This document shows positions 45,979 through 57,631 of a stretch of 64,000 nucleotides of DNA, in pieces. The DNA is taken from positions 1-64,000 of the forward strand of contig CAVUQH010000004.1 of NCBI GenBank assembly GCA_963743525.1, in the 5' to 3' direction. The position numbers and the translations under genes are program-made. The DNA comes from an uncultured delta proteobacterium (GTDB taxonomy: Bacteria > Myxococcota_A > Polyangia > Haliangiales > Haliangiaceae). The notes under the pieces were generated by a model that was not told where the DNA came from, did not search any database, and worked only from the letters and a program-made list of their open reading frames with translations. How positions within the stretch are numbered: the stretch's first letter is position 1; every line of letters begins with the position of its first letter.

Positions 45979-47094
45979 TCATCCCGCCTCGCGGCGCACG
46001 CTCACCGTGCGACGCCCCACCATGTTGAGGCGCGTGGTGCGAATGACGTCCGGCTCGACGACGCGGCCGTCGCGGAAGCGGAAGCGCAGGGCGTCGTCGG
46101 GGCACTGGACGATGCAGGCGCCGCACAGCAGGCAGTCGCCGGCGCGGGCGATGCGGACTTTGCGCCGTTTGCCGTCCATCTGCAGGACGTCGCGCGGGCA
46201 GACTTTCACGCACTCGGCGGCGCCCGTGCAGCGGTCCTCGACGAGCTCGAGCTGGAAGTGGTTGCCGAGGCTATTGATCTCCCCGGGGTAGAACGGCGTG
46301 GAGCCGGAAAGATCCAGGGACAACAGCCCGATCGTCGCCACCTGGGTGATGGCGATGCCGACCAGTGGGCCGTGGCCGTCGCGACCGATCAGGTAGAGCA
46401 GACCGAAACCGACGGCGACGGCCACCATCGCTGCGCCGGAGAACGTGAGCCACCTGCGCGGCCCGACGATCGGCACCCGGGCGACGGCGAAGAAGACGCC
46501 GAACACCGCGATCAACACCGCCACCGCGGTCACCGCCGCGACGGCGCCACCGAACAAGATCGCCGACACCACCGCGGCGATGGCCGCGATCGGCGCGCCC
46601 CACATCGTCGACATCTCGGCGCGATCGCGCGGGGTGAAGGTGATGCGCCGCTGCGACTTCGTGACCTTGCAGTGGCGATCGAGGAACTCGGGCAGCCACT
46701 CGAGACGCGCCGGGCCCCAGCGGCCCTCGAACCCGGTGGCCTCCTGGATCAGCCGCGGCTCCACGCCGGTGGCGGACAGCTGCGGCAATACCAACCGGCG
46801 GTGGTCGACGCGCTCGGCCAGGCGGCTGGCGCGGACGGCCGCGATGACGTCGTGGTGGGTGAAGTGACCGCCGCCGGCGGCGCACCAGACGTTGATGCCG
46901 CGGCTGTTGGCCACCAGCAGCCAGACGTCGCGCCCGCGCAGCGCCCGCTCCACGCGGCGCACGGTCAGCGTGAAGTTGCCGGTGACCAGCACCGGTGCAT
47001 CGCGACCCGGGTTGCCGATACGGCGCAGCCCGGGACGGGTCGCGTGGGGAAACATGCGCAACACGGTGTCGCGGAGGTCGCCGAGGCCGATCAC
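45979..47094 (-). CDS. fused HgcAB-like protein: corrinoid-binding domain, TM helices, ferredoxin (371 aa)
   Basis: PGLRRIGNP, VTGNF, GINVWCAAGGG cap helix, LVLPQL, WGP, about 4 TM, GSTP, CTGAAECVKVCP and CLLCGACIVQCP; GTG overlaps upstream TGA. Confidence 0.88.
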   Translation of the reverse strand: MIGLGDLRDTVLRMFPHATRPGLRRIGNPGRDAPVLVTGNFTLTVRRVERALRGRDVWLLVANSRGINVWCAAGGGHFTHHDVIAAVRASRLAERVDHRRLVLPQLSATGVEPRLIQEATGFEGRWGPARLEWLPEFLDRHCKVTKSQRRITFTPRDRAEMSTMWGAPIAAIAAVVSAILFGGAVAAVTAVAVLIAVFGVFFAVARVPIVGPRRWLTFSGAAMVAVAVGFGLLYLIGRDGHGPLVGIAITQVATIGLLSLDLSGSTPFYPGEINSLGNHFQLELVEDRCTGAAECVKVCPRDVLQMDGKRRKVRIARAGDCLLCGACIVQCPDDALRFRFRDGRVVEPDVIRTTRLNMVGRRTVSVRREAG

Positions 47095-47756
47095 GACGAC
47101 CTCGCCTCTTCGGGCACGCGGCCGCGAACGACGACGAAGTTGCCGGCCATGTGCTCGACCTCCACGTCGGCGAAGCCCGCGTCGCGCATGCGCTGTTCCA
47201 GCCCGGTCACCGGCCGGGTCGAGGTTTGCGCCAGCAGCCAGGTCACCGCCACCAGCGGCGCGCGGCGCACTCGCCACCAGGCGCGCGCCGCCTTGCCGCG
47301 GGGAGCGACCTCGTCGGCGATGGCGACCAGCCCGCCCGGCTTCACCCGCGTGCGCAAGGTTGACAGCACGTACGCCTGCTCGTCCTCGGTGAGCTCGGAG
47401 AACAACAGGCAACTGACGGCGCCGTCGAAGCTGCCGGCGGGAAATCGGTCCTCGATCTCGAGGGCGCCGAGCTCGAGCCATTCGATGCCACCGACATCCG
47501 CGGCCTTGCCCCGCGCGACCTCGAGCATGCCGGCGTTGATGTCGATGGCGACGACGTCGGCGCCGCGGCGCGCGCAGGCGAGTGACACGTTGCCGGTGCC
47601 GCAGCCGACATCGATGACGCGGAGACCGGGCTCGGCCACCAGCGCGGCCAGCCGGTCGTAGACCTCGTCGATAGCGCCGCGCGACAGCATGCGGATGCCG
47701 CGGTCGTAGCGCTGCGGGGTCGACTCGAGCACCTTCATGTACACGTAGCTACTCAC
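47091..47756 (-). CDS. class I SAM-dependent methyltransferase, corrinoid-protein-associated type
   Basis: GTG start VSSYVYMKVLESTPQRYD; VIDVGCGTG, AIDIN, VKPGG. Confidence 0.88.
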   Translation of the reverse strand: MSSYVYMKVLESTPQRYDRGIRMLSRGAIDEVYDRLAALVAEPGLRVIDVGCGTGNVSLACARRGADVVAIDINAGMLEVARGKAADVGGIEWLELGALEIEDRFPAGSFDGAVSCLLFSELTEDEQAYVLSTLRTRVKPGGLVAIADEVAPRGKAARAWWRVRRAPLVAVTWLLAQTSTRPVTGLEQRMRDAGFADVEVEHMAGNFVVVRGRVPEEARSS

Positions 47757-48372
47757 GGTCGTTGTCCCCTTCTCGGCGCGTGGCCGCGCCGTCGAGAAAC
47801 GAGGTAACTGCCAGCGCCGGTATCTCGTCGAGGCTGGGCCAGCCGCCGCCGGAGCCCCAGTGCTGTACGTACAAGAGCGACAGCGTGCCGACGAACAGCA
47901 GCGCGAGCTGCGGGACCGGGACGTCGCCGCGCACCTCGCCGGCGACGACACCCTCGGAGAGAAGGCCGGCCACGGCGAGGATGTAGGGCGCCAGATGCGC
48001 CTCGATGATCGGATAGGTCTCGGGGCGGAAGCTCATCGCCTCGCGAACCAGCACCTTGATGAAGTCTTCCTGCTCGCGCAGCACCGAGACGTCGGCTTCG
48101 GCCGCCGCCAACAGGCGCGCGCGGACCGACCCGTTCGGATCGGCGGCGCCGAACCGCTCGGCGGCGTGGCGGGCGCCCTCTTCGACGACCGCACCGAACA
48201 GCTCCTGCTTGCTGGCGAAGTAGTTGTAGACGGTGCCCTTGGCCAGGCCGGCATCGACCGAGATGTCGTCGATGCGCGCGGCGTCGAACCCGGCGACGGC
48301 GAACTGTCGGGCCGCGGCCTCGATCAGCCGCTGCCTGACGATCTTCTGCATTTCCTTGGAGATACGTGCCAT
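47749..48372 (-). CDS. TetR/AcrR family regulator
   Basis: LIEAAARQF...ISVDAGLAKGTVYNYFASKQELF. Confidence 0.92.
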   Translation of the reverse strand: MARISKEMQKIVRQRLIEAAARQFAVAGFDAARIDDISVDAGLAKGTVYNYFASKQELFGAVVEEGARHAAERFGAADPNGSVRARLLAAAEADVSVLREQEDFIKVLVREAMSFRPETYPIIEAHLAPYILAVAGLLSEGVVAGEVRGDVPVPQLALLFVGTLSLLYVQHWGSGGGWPSLDEIPALAVTSFLDGAATRREGDNDRE

Positions 48373-48382
48373 CGGGAGGCTC

Positions 48383-48430
48383 AATATGACCGAATACCCA
48401 CAATATGGGTTATCGGTCATATTTTGTCAA
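48383..48430 (-). promoter_or_regulatory. sigma70 promoter overlapped by a 41-bp palindromic operator
   Basis: AATATGACCGA (48383-48393) / TCGGTCATATT (48413-48423) perfect IR plus inner ACCCA/TGGGT; minus-strand TTGACA-17-CATATT. Confidence 0.8.
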
Positions 48431-48483
48431 CGGCGGTCTTTGCACCGGCGTAAGTCGGCCGGGTAGCCTGTCGTTCAGCTCCC

Positions 48484-49062
48484 ATGAGGCTCCTCGTCGG
48501 CATGATCCTGATCGCCCTCGTCGCCTGCGGCGGCAGCCAGGAGCGGAAGGAGTGCTTCGAGTGCGGACTGTCCGACCAGTGGGCGCACGCCGCACGCGAG
48601 CGGGCGGCACGGGAACAGGCCGAGCACGACGCACACATGCGGGAAATCTCCCGCGCGGTGAGGCTGGGCGAGGCCGGCACTGACCGGGATGCCAGGCTGA
48701 TCTCGGAGACGATCTACCAGGGCGAGCGCGACGCGTTGGACCGATTGGTGTCGAGCCTGGAGGCCGCCTGCCAACGACAGCATTCCCTGGCGCTGGCGTG
48801 GACGTTCCACGAGCTGACCACGGGCACCTTGCGACCGACGGACGAACGCGATGTCCAGCAGCTCCGCGAGCGAGCGTTCTACCTGATCGCCGTGTCTCGC
48901 GGCGACGACGCCCGCGCCGAGCTGGGCGGATGTCAGAGCAGCCCGATCGAGGCCGTCTGCGCCCGAGCGCTGGCCGCGATCGAGCAGGGGCGCGGAATGT
49001 GCGAGTCGCCGGCGACGCCGGGCGTGCCCGAATCGGCGCCGCGTGGCAATATCGCCGAGTGA
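48484..49062 (+). CDS. hypothetical lipoprotein
   Basis: MRLLVGMILIALVAC lipobox. Confidence 0.6.
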   Translation: MRLLVGMILIALVACGGSQERKECFECGLSDQWAHAARERAAREQAEHDAHMREISRAVRLGEAGTDRDARLISETIYQGERDALDRLVSSLEAACQRQHSLALAWTFHELTTGTLRPTDERDVQQLRERAFYLIAVSRGDDARAELGGCQSSPIEAVCARALAAIEQGRGMCESPATPGVPESAPRGNIAE

Positions 49063-49511
49063 CCGGCCGGCACGACCACGCCAAACACCTTCGCGACCTC
49101 GCACGCCTGCGCCGGGTTCGCGACCGGATCGACCGCGACTACGCGCAGCCGCTCGACGTCAACGCACTGGCCCGCGGCGTGAACATGTCGGCCGGACACC
49201 TCAGCCGCCAGTTCAAGCGGGCCTACGGCGAGTCGCCGTACTCCTATCTGATGACCCGGCGCATCGAGCGGGCGATGTGGCTGCTCCGCCGCGGCGATCT
49301 GAACGTCACCGAGGTCTGCTTTGCCGTCGGTTGCGGGTCGCTGGGCACCTTTAGCACCCGGTTTGCCGAGCTGGTCGGCATGCCGCCCAGCGCCTACCGC
49401 CGCCAGGCCGCCCGAGCGGCGGGAACGACCGGGAACATGCCGTCGTGCATCGCCAGGCAAGTAACCCGGCCGGTCAGGAATCGAGAAGCAACGGCCCGGA
49501 GCGGCAGGTAG
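49059..49511 (+). CDS. small AraC-family regulator
   Basis: LRRVRDRIDRDY, SAGHLSRQF, VCFAVG...GTFSTRF. Confidence 0.88.
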   Translation: MTGRHDHAKHLRDLARLRRVRDRIDRDYAQPLDVNALARGVNMSAGHLSRQFKRAYGESPYSYLMTRRIERAMWLLRRGDLNVTEVCFAVGCGSLGTFSTRFAELVGMPPSAYRRQAARAAGTTGNMPSCIARQVTRPVRNREATARSGR

Positions 49512-49521
49512 GCTCAGCGCC

Positions 49522-49932
49522 ATGGACATCACCATTTGCCAAACCTTCCTCCCGCACACCGATCCCGAGGCGTCCCTCGGGTTCTATCGCGACACCCTCG
49601 GCTTCGAGGTCCGCAACGACGTCGCCTTCGGAGGCATGCGCTGGATCACCGTCGGCCCGGCCGCGCAGCCCGCGACCTCCATCGTCCTGCAGCCACCAGC
49701 CGCCGACCCCGGCATCACCGAGGACGAGCGGCGCACCATCTCGGAGATGATGGCCAAAGGCACCTACGCCCACCTGATCCTGGCGACCCACGACCTCGAC
49801 GGCACCTTCGCCCAGGTCAAGGCCAGCGGCGCCGAGGTCGTCCACGAGCCGACCGAGCAGCCGTGGGGGATTCGCGACTGCGCCTTCCGCGATCCGGCCG
49901 GCAACCTGATCCGCTTCAACGAGCTCCGCTGA
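49522..49932 (+). CDS. VOC/glyoxalase family protein
   Basis: FYRDTLGF, QPWGIRDCAFRDPAGNLI. Confidence 0.9.
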   Translation: MDITICQTFLPHTDPEASLGFYRDTLGFEVRNDVAFGGMRWITVGPAAQPATSIVLQPPAADPGITEDERRTISEMMAKGTYAHLILATHDLDGTFAQVKASGAEVVHEPTEQPWGIRDCAFRDPAGNLIRFNELR

Positions 49933-49946
49933 CCAGGGCGAGACGA

Positions 49947-52334
<2,388 letters not shown>

Positions 52335-52403
52335 CGGCGCCGGGCGAATGGGTTCGGGGCCATCTGGCTCCGGCGCGGGCTTTGTGTTCTGATCGCCGGA
52401 CCT

Positions 52404-53930
52404 ATGCGACGACTGTGTGCTTCTCGTGTCCCACGCTCCGGCGGTACCGCCCTCTTGATTTGCGCCCTGGCAGCGTGCGGCCACGTCAAGGAATCCGATG
52501 ACGCGTCCCCGCCCGGCGACGACGCCGCGCCGACCGTCGACGCGGCCTGCACACCGACCGGCGCAGACGCCCCCGATGACATGTTCCTGGACCAGAACTG
52601 CGACGGCATCGACGGCGACGCCAGCACCGCGGTGTTCGTCGATCCGCTCAACGGCAACGACGCCGGCGACGGATTGCAGGCGCAGCCCAAGGCCCACCTC
52701 CTGGGCTCCGGCGGCGCGTTCGCCAAGGCGCTGGCGGACGGCAAGAGCAACATCTTCATCTCCACCGGCACGCTGTCGGAGAGCGCCACGGTGGTGGTCC
52801 CGTCCGGGCTGTCGCTGTGGGGCGGCTACGACGCCGCGCAAGGGTGGGCGCGCTCGGACGCCATCGCGCATCCATTGCTCATGGTCGCCGATCCGACGGG
52901 CGTCAGCTTCCAGACCATCGTCGCGGCGATGACCTGGGATCGCGTTGACGTGCAGTCGGCCAACGCCACCGCCCCGGGCGCCTCTTCGTACGGCATGTTC
53001 GTGGCGTCGTCCACCGATGCCCTGGTGATCTCCAACTCGTCGGTCACCGCCGGCGACGGCGCGCCCGGAAGCGCCTCACAGGCGCCCGCCGCGCCGACGA
53101 CACCGTTGTCCGCCAACGGCCTGGTCGGCAGCGGCGCGTACACGGCAGTCTGCTGCCAGTCGATCATCTCCGACACCTGCATGGCCGGGCAGCCCGGACA
53201 GAACGCGTGCGCGTTCTCCGGCGGCCAGGGGTCGCCTTGCGGCAACGGTGGCTCCCCCGCGGCCGGTGGGGGCCCCAGCGGCGGAGCGCCGGGCGGCCTC
53301 CGCGAGCAGGGCAAGCCTGGCGGCGCGGGCACAGCCGGAGCGGACGCAACCGCGCCGACGGCGGCCTTCGGCGCGTCCGCCCTCGCCGGCTACACACCGG
53401 CGCAAGGGACGGTCGGTGGCGCCGGCGCCGGTGGGTCCGGCGGCGGCGGTGGCGGTTTGGACTACGTCGGCTCTTGCACGTGCGGCAGCACCATCTCGAT
53501 TCCCGCGGGACACGGCGGCGCCGCGGGCGGCTGCGGTGGCGGCCCGGCATCGGCCGCCGGCGGTGGCGGCGGCTCGTTCGCCATCTACCTGTTCGACTCC
53601 GGCCCCACGCTCGACCGGGTCACGCTGATCTCCGGTAACGGCGGCAAGGGCGGCGCCGGCACCCGCGGTGGCAACGGTGGCCCGGGCGGCGTCGGCGGCG
53701 GACAACCGACCGCCACAGTGGCAGGCGGCAACGGCGGCGCCGGCGGTGTCGGCGGTACATCCAGCGGCGGTCCGGGCGGACCATCGATCTGTCTGGAGAA
53801 AGCCGGCAGCTCGGCGCCGACGCTGGTCACCACCCCGACCTGCCAGCTCGGGGCCGCGGGCAACGGCGGATCATCACCCAGCTCCAACCTCACCGGTGTG
53901 ACCGGGTTGAAGGCCGAGCAGCACCCCTAG
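52404..53930 (+). CDS. Gly-rich surface lipoprotein
   Basis: Lipobox LAAC, DQNCDGIDG motif, long GGxGG repeats. Confidence 0.8.
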   Translation: MRRLCASRVPRSGGTALLICALAACGHVKESDDASPPGDDAAPTVDAACTPTGADAPDDMFLDQNCDGIDGDASTAVFVDPLNGNDAGDGLQAQPKAHLLGSGGAFAKALADGKSNIFISTGTLSESATVVVPSGLSLWGGYDAAQGWARSDAIAHPLLMVADPTGVSFQTIVAAMTWDRVDVQSANATAPGASSYGMFVASSTDALVISNSSVTAGDGAPGSASQAPAAPTTPLSANGLVGSGAYTAVCCQSIISDTCMAGQPGQNACAFSGGQGSPCGNGGSPAAGGGPSGGAPGGLREQGKPGGAGTAGADATAPTAAFGASALAGYTPAQGTVGGAGAGGSGGGGGGLDYVGSCTCGSTISIPAGHGGAAGGCGGGPASAAGGGGGSFAIYLFDSGPTLDRVTLISGNGGKGGAGTRGGNGGPGGVGGGQPTATVAGGNGGAGGVGGTSSGGPGGPSICLEKAGSSAPTLVTTPTCQLGAAGNGGSSPSSNLTGVTGLKAEQHP

Positions 53931-54388
53931 TCGACGTCGAAACAGACGTCGACCGATGCCGTCCACTGACCGGCGGGCATATCGCCGGTGATCGTGACCT
54001 CGATGCGGTCGGCGCCGGCGCGCAGGTAGGCACCGAGATCGACCGCCGGGTCACCGGCGAGCTCGAGCACGCCGGCGGAGACCGTGGCGTCGGCCAGGGT
54101 CACGTCGCCGCCGTCGGCGTCGATCAGCGCGACGTGCACGTGGTCGGCGAAGCCGAGATCGCCGACGCCGGTGGTTGCCGTCACCGTCGCCGATGCCAGC
54201 GTCACGCGCTGACCTTCCGGTGCCGCCAGGTCGAGCGGGCCGAGATCGATGCTCGCGTGGTTGGCGCCGCCGTCGAACTGCAGCTGCGCGTCGTTCAGGC
54301 ACACGCCGTTGACCTGCGGATCGCCCAGCTGGAGGTCGGCGGTGCAGGCGGTCGCAGCGAGCGCGACGAAGAGGATGACGACACGCAT
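53927..54388 (-). CDS. hypothetical lipoprotein
   Basis: MRVVILFVALAATAC; TGATG overlap with upstream gene. Confidence 0.7.
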   Translation of the reverse strand: MRVVILFVALAATACTADLQLGDPQVNGVCLNDAQLQFDGGANHASIDLGPLDLAAPEGQRVTLASATVTATTGVGDLGFADHVHVALIDADGGDVTLADATVSAGVLELAGDPAVDLGAYLRAGADRIEVTITGDMPAGQWTASVDVCFDVD

Positions 54389-54978
54389 CAGAAGCTCGCC
54401 GCCAGTCCGAATCGACCCGACGGAATCCAGCCACTCAGCGACGACGCGGCGTGGATCTCCACGGCGGGCGCGTCGGCGCCGTCGGCGGCGCGCATCTGCA
54501 CCACGTCCAGGGTGCAGTCGACACGGCTCACGCCGCCCTGCACGAACAGGGTCGCCCGGTCGCCGCCGAAGCGCAGCCCCAGGTGAACGTTGGCGAACCG
54601 GTAGCGAACCGAATGCAGTGTCGCTGCGTCCAGCCCGGCATCGGCGGCGACCGATCGCACCCACGACTGCGCCTCGCCCGCGCCGTAATAGCCGAGCTCG
54701 GCCGCGACATACGGCGACACCGGTCCGGTCAGGAGGTCGGCGCGGATGCCGCCGCGGACGCCCAGGCTCATCGTGTTGTAGCCGGCGCCGCCGTGCAGCC
54801 GCCATCGCGGGCTGACCCGCAGCATCAGGCCGGCCATGAATCCGTCGGGGCTGCCGGCGTCAGCCATCACTCCGAGGCGACTCGGGGAGTCGGCTCCCCG
54901 CCCCGCATTCGCGGGGGTGGCGGCCGCGCCCAGCACGAGCGCGGCGAATACAACGACTTGAAGGCTTGTCGGGGGAAT
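54388..54978 (-). CDS. small outer-membrane beta-barrel-like protein
   Basis: Amphipathic strands, C-terminal Phe; signal peptide extends upstream of GTG 54936 to a possible ATT at 54978. Confidence 0.6.
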   Translation of the reverse strand: MPPTSLQVVVFAALVLGAAATPANAGRGADSPSRLGVMADAGSPDGFMAGLMLRVSPRWRLHGGAGYNTMSLGVRGGIRADLLTGPVSPYVAAELGYYGAGEAQSWVRSVAADAGLDAATLHSVRYRFANVHLGLRFGGDRATLFVQGGVSRVDCTLDVVQMRAADGADAPAVEIHAASSLSGWIPSGRFGLAASF

Positions 54979-55181
54979 GGGGAACCTCGCGGTTCCCGGC
55001 GCAGTCCCTGGTCAAGCAAGCCGTGCGCCACCCTGCCGTCGGCCGCCCCGGGGCACGCCCACCCAGGTCCGAGGGTCGTGGCCCTCGGGGCGCTCCGCGA
55101 TATCGGCCGCGGTTGTGCAGATTTCGTCCACTTCGAGCGTGCCGACCACATGGATCAGCTCTTGCTGCAGATGGCATCACC

Positions 55182-56663
55182 GTGTTCTCTCCCCCGCGAC
55201 GAGACCTGCCTCGCCAGCTCGCTGTCCCGGCCGCGACCGCGCTCCTCCTGTTCGCGTTGATCGGTTGCCACGATCCGTTCGGGTTCGATCCGCAATCCCA
55301 GGAAGAGGAGATTTGCGCCGCGAGCACCGAGTGGCTTCCCAACACACCGGCGCTGGATCTGTTCAAGCCCCTGCCCCACCCGGCCTCCGAGTGCGCCTTC
55401 TACCGCGGCGCCTGGCAGAACTTCCTGATCGCCATGCAGCCGAATGCCGATGGCACGCCGGCGATGATGTCGTATCCGACCGTCCAGACCCTGTTCGACT
55501 CGACCAAACCGGCCCCGGCCGCGTTCTCCGAGCTCGGATTCATCCGCCAGGCCGGCGGGCGACAGATCCTGATCGATCAGCACGGCAATCCGATCTTCTA
55601 CGCGATCCACGTCAACCAGGCGTTCGCCGACTTCATCGACGCCAACGGCCTGCGCACGGCGCAGGGGATCATCGACGCCGATCCCACCCTGTTCTTCCCC
55701 GCCGGCGTGGTCGAGTTCAAGTCCGCGTGGCAGATCGTCGAGCCGGGCGACTCGACCGACGACTACATCACCATCCAGACCACGGTGCCGACGCTGTCGA
55801 TGGACGCCAACCACCGCGTCGTCGAGGACCGGACGACGCCGCGCCAGGTCACCGCCCGGCTGCTGGCGCTACACGTCGTGTTCACGCTGCCCGGCCACCC
55901 CGAGTTCATCTGGGGCACGTTCGAGCACAGCGACGGCAGCCCCGACTCGCGCGCCTCTGACGGTCACCGGGACGTGGCGCCGACCACGGATCTCAATCCC
56001 GACCCGGCCGATCCCAACAACCTGCGCGACGATCGCGTCGTCGCCGACCACGACTTCGACCTGTACAAGAGCGGCACGCCAGCGAACGCGGCCAACCAGG
56101 CGATCGGTGAAAGCGAGCTGCAGCTCGACGTGGCGACGCAGAAGTTCCCCGGGCAGCAGACCTCGATCTACCGCATGTTCCCGGCGTCCAAGTCCAACAC
56201 CACCGACCCCGACGACGCCATCTCGTCGCTCAACAGCAACGTCGAGGCGCTGTTCGCCAGTGCCACCGTCGGCGCCAACGACAAGCGTGGCCACTACCGC
56301 CTGGTCGGTGCGATCTGGATGGACAAGCCGGAGTACTTCGGCAACGACGCCAGCCTGCAAAACGACGACACCAGCCCGCTGTTCGATCAGCCCGGCTACG
56401 TTGACGACATCACCAAGAACGGCTCGGACAGCGAGCTGTCCATTCTCGCCGGCGAGGATCGGCTGTCGAGTACTGCGATGGAGTCGTTCACCCAGTCACC
56501 GGCGGCTTTCCCCAACTGTTTCTCGTGCCACAGCACCCAGGCCATCACGGCCCGCGGCATCCCACTCGATCAGGATCGCAACGGCGTTCTGGTGCTGCAG
56601 CCGAAGTTGCTCAACGTCAGCCACGTGCTCAGTCAGTTCGTGATCGAGGAGCAAAGCCCATGA
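55182..56663 (+). CDS. lipoprotein with one C-terminal heme c motif
   Basis: Lipobox LIGC; FIWGTFEH; MESFTQ...NCFSCH. Confidence 0.75.
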   Translation: MFSPPRRDLPRQLAVPAATALLLFALIGCHDPFGFDPQSQEEEICAASTEWLPNTPALDLFKPLPHPASECAFYRGAWQNFLIAMQPNADGTPAMMSYPTVQTLFDSTKPAPAAFSELGFIRQAGGRQILIDQHGNPIFYAIHVNQAFADFIDANGLRTAQGIIDADPTLFFPAGVVEFKSAWQIVEPGDSTDDYITIQTTVPTLSMDANHRVVEDRTTPRQVTARLLALHVVFTLPGHPEFIWGTFEHSDGSPDSRASDGHRDVAPTTDLNPDPADPNNLRDDRVVADHDFDLYKSGTPANAANQAIGESELQLDVATQKFPGQQTSIYRMFPASKSNTTDPDDAISSLNSNVEALFASATVGANDKRGHYRLVGAIWMDKPEYFGNDASLQNDDTSPLFDQPGYVDDITKNGSDSELSILAGEDRLSSTAMESFTQSPAAFPNCFSCHSTQAITARGIPLDQDRNGVLVLQPKLLNVSHVLSQFVIEEQSP

Positions 56664-57631
56664 GACGCAGCGCGTGCATCTGGGTAACCGCGATGGCCGT
56701 GCTGTGGGCATCTTCGGCCGACGCCAGGCCTCGGCATCACCGCAAGACCGCGGCGCGCTCGCGAACCTCGGAGAGCCCGCGCAAGGATCCCGGCCGCGTG
56801 TGCAAGCGCAGCTATCGCGAGGCCCAGCGGGCCGAGCGCGACGGCCAGCTGTTCGAGGCCAAGGCGCTGCTGCAGCAGTGCGGCGATCCGGCCTGCGGCG
56901 AGTTCCTCGAGCACCAGTGCACGATCGGCTACGCGCGCGTCTCCGCCGACATCCCGTCGATCGTGCCGTCGGTGACCGACGCCGCGGGCGAGCCGGTGGT
57001 GGCGGTGAACGTGTGGCTGGACGACGTGCTGGTGGCCGAGGAGATCGACGGCCTGGCCATCAAGCTGGAGCCCGGCCTGCACGTGGTGGCGTTCGAAACC
57101 GATGCCGACGGCGTGTTCGCCCGGCGCAAGATCGTCGCCCGCCAGGGCGAGCGCAATCGGCGGATCGACGTGCGGCTGCATGCACCGGCCCGCCGCCCGC
57201 ACCGTCGCGCGGCCACGCCGCCGCCAGCCGTCGCGCAGCGGGAGCCGACCGGCACGCCGGCACCCACCCGGCACGTGCGCAAGGATCTCGTGGCGGCTCC
57301 GGACGAGCCGGGCACCGTGACCCGGCGCCACTCGCGGCTGCCCGGCTACCTGCTGATCGGTCTCGGCGTGGTCGGCGCCAGCGGCTACGGCGTGCTCACC
57401 TACTGGGGCCGCCAGGACAACGCCGCCCTGAGCACCTGCTCGCCAAACTGCCCGCGCGCCAGCTTCGAGCACGTGCGCAAGCTGTACATCTCGGCCAACG
57501 TATCCCTGGGCGTCGGCGGCGTTGCCCTCGTCGCCGGCAGCTACTTGCTGTGGCGTGCCTGGTCACCCTATCGGGTCGATGTCCAGCCCACGCGCGGCGG
57601 CGGCATCGCCAGCATTCGAGGTGAGTTTTGA
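56660..57631 (+). CDS. secreted PEGA-like/helical protein with C-terminal membrane segments
   Basis: Signal peptide, LEPGLHVV, two hydrophobic segments, terminal IRGEF; ATGA overlap. Confidence 0.75.
   Translation: MRRSACIWVTAMAVLWASSADARPRHHRKTAARSRTSESPRKDPGRVCKRSYREAQRAERDGQLFEAKALLQQCGDPACGEFLEHQCTIGYARVSADIPSIVPSVTDAAGEPVVAVNVWLDDVLVAEEIDGLAIKLEPGLHVVAFETDADGVFARRKIVARQGERNRRIDVRLHAPARRPHRRAATPPPAVAQREPTGTPAPTRHVRKDLVAAPDEPGTVTRRHSRLPGYLLIGLGVVGASGYGVLTYWGRQDNAALSTCSPNCPRASFEHVRKLYISANVSLGVGGVALVAGSYLLWRAWSPYRVDVQPTRGGGIASIRGEF

Noticed and set aside
46870..46900. Selenocysteine in the cap helix, given the selC-type repeats
   Set aside because: The codon is TGC (Cys); I noticed no in-frame TGA in conserved genes of this window.
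45979..47094. Calling this hgcA and the host a mercury methylator
   Set aside because: Fused architecture, GGG instead of GK after the cap helix, and no HgcB Cys tail; tested fused forms have not methylated Hg.
53040..53900. Repeat array or PE_PGRS gene
   Set aside because: Repeats are Gly codons inside a lipoprotein; no PE domain and no repeat-spacer structure.
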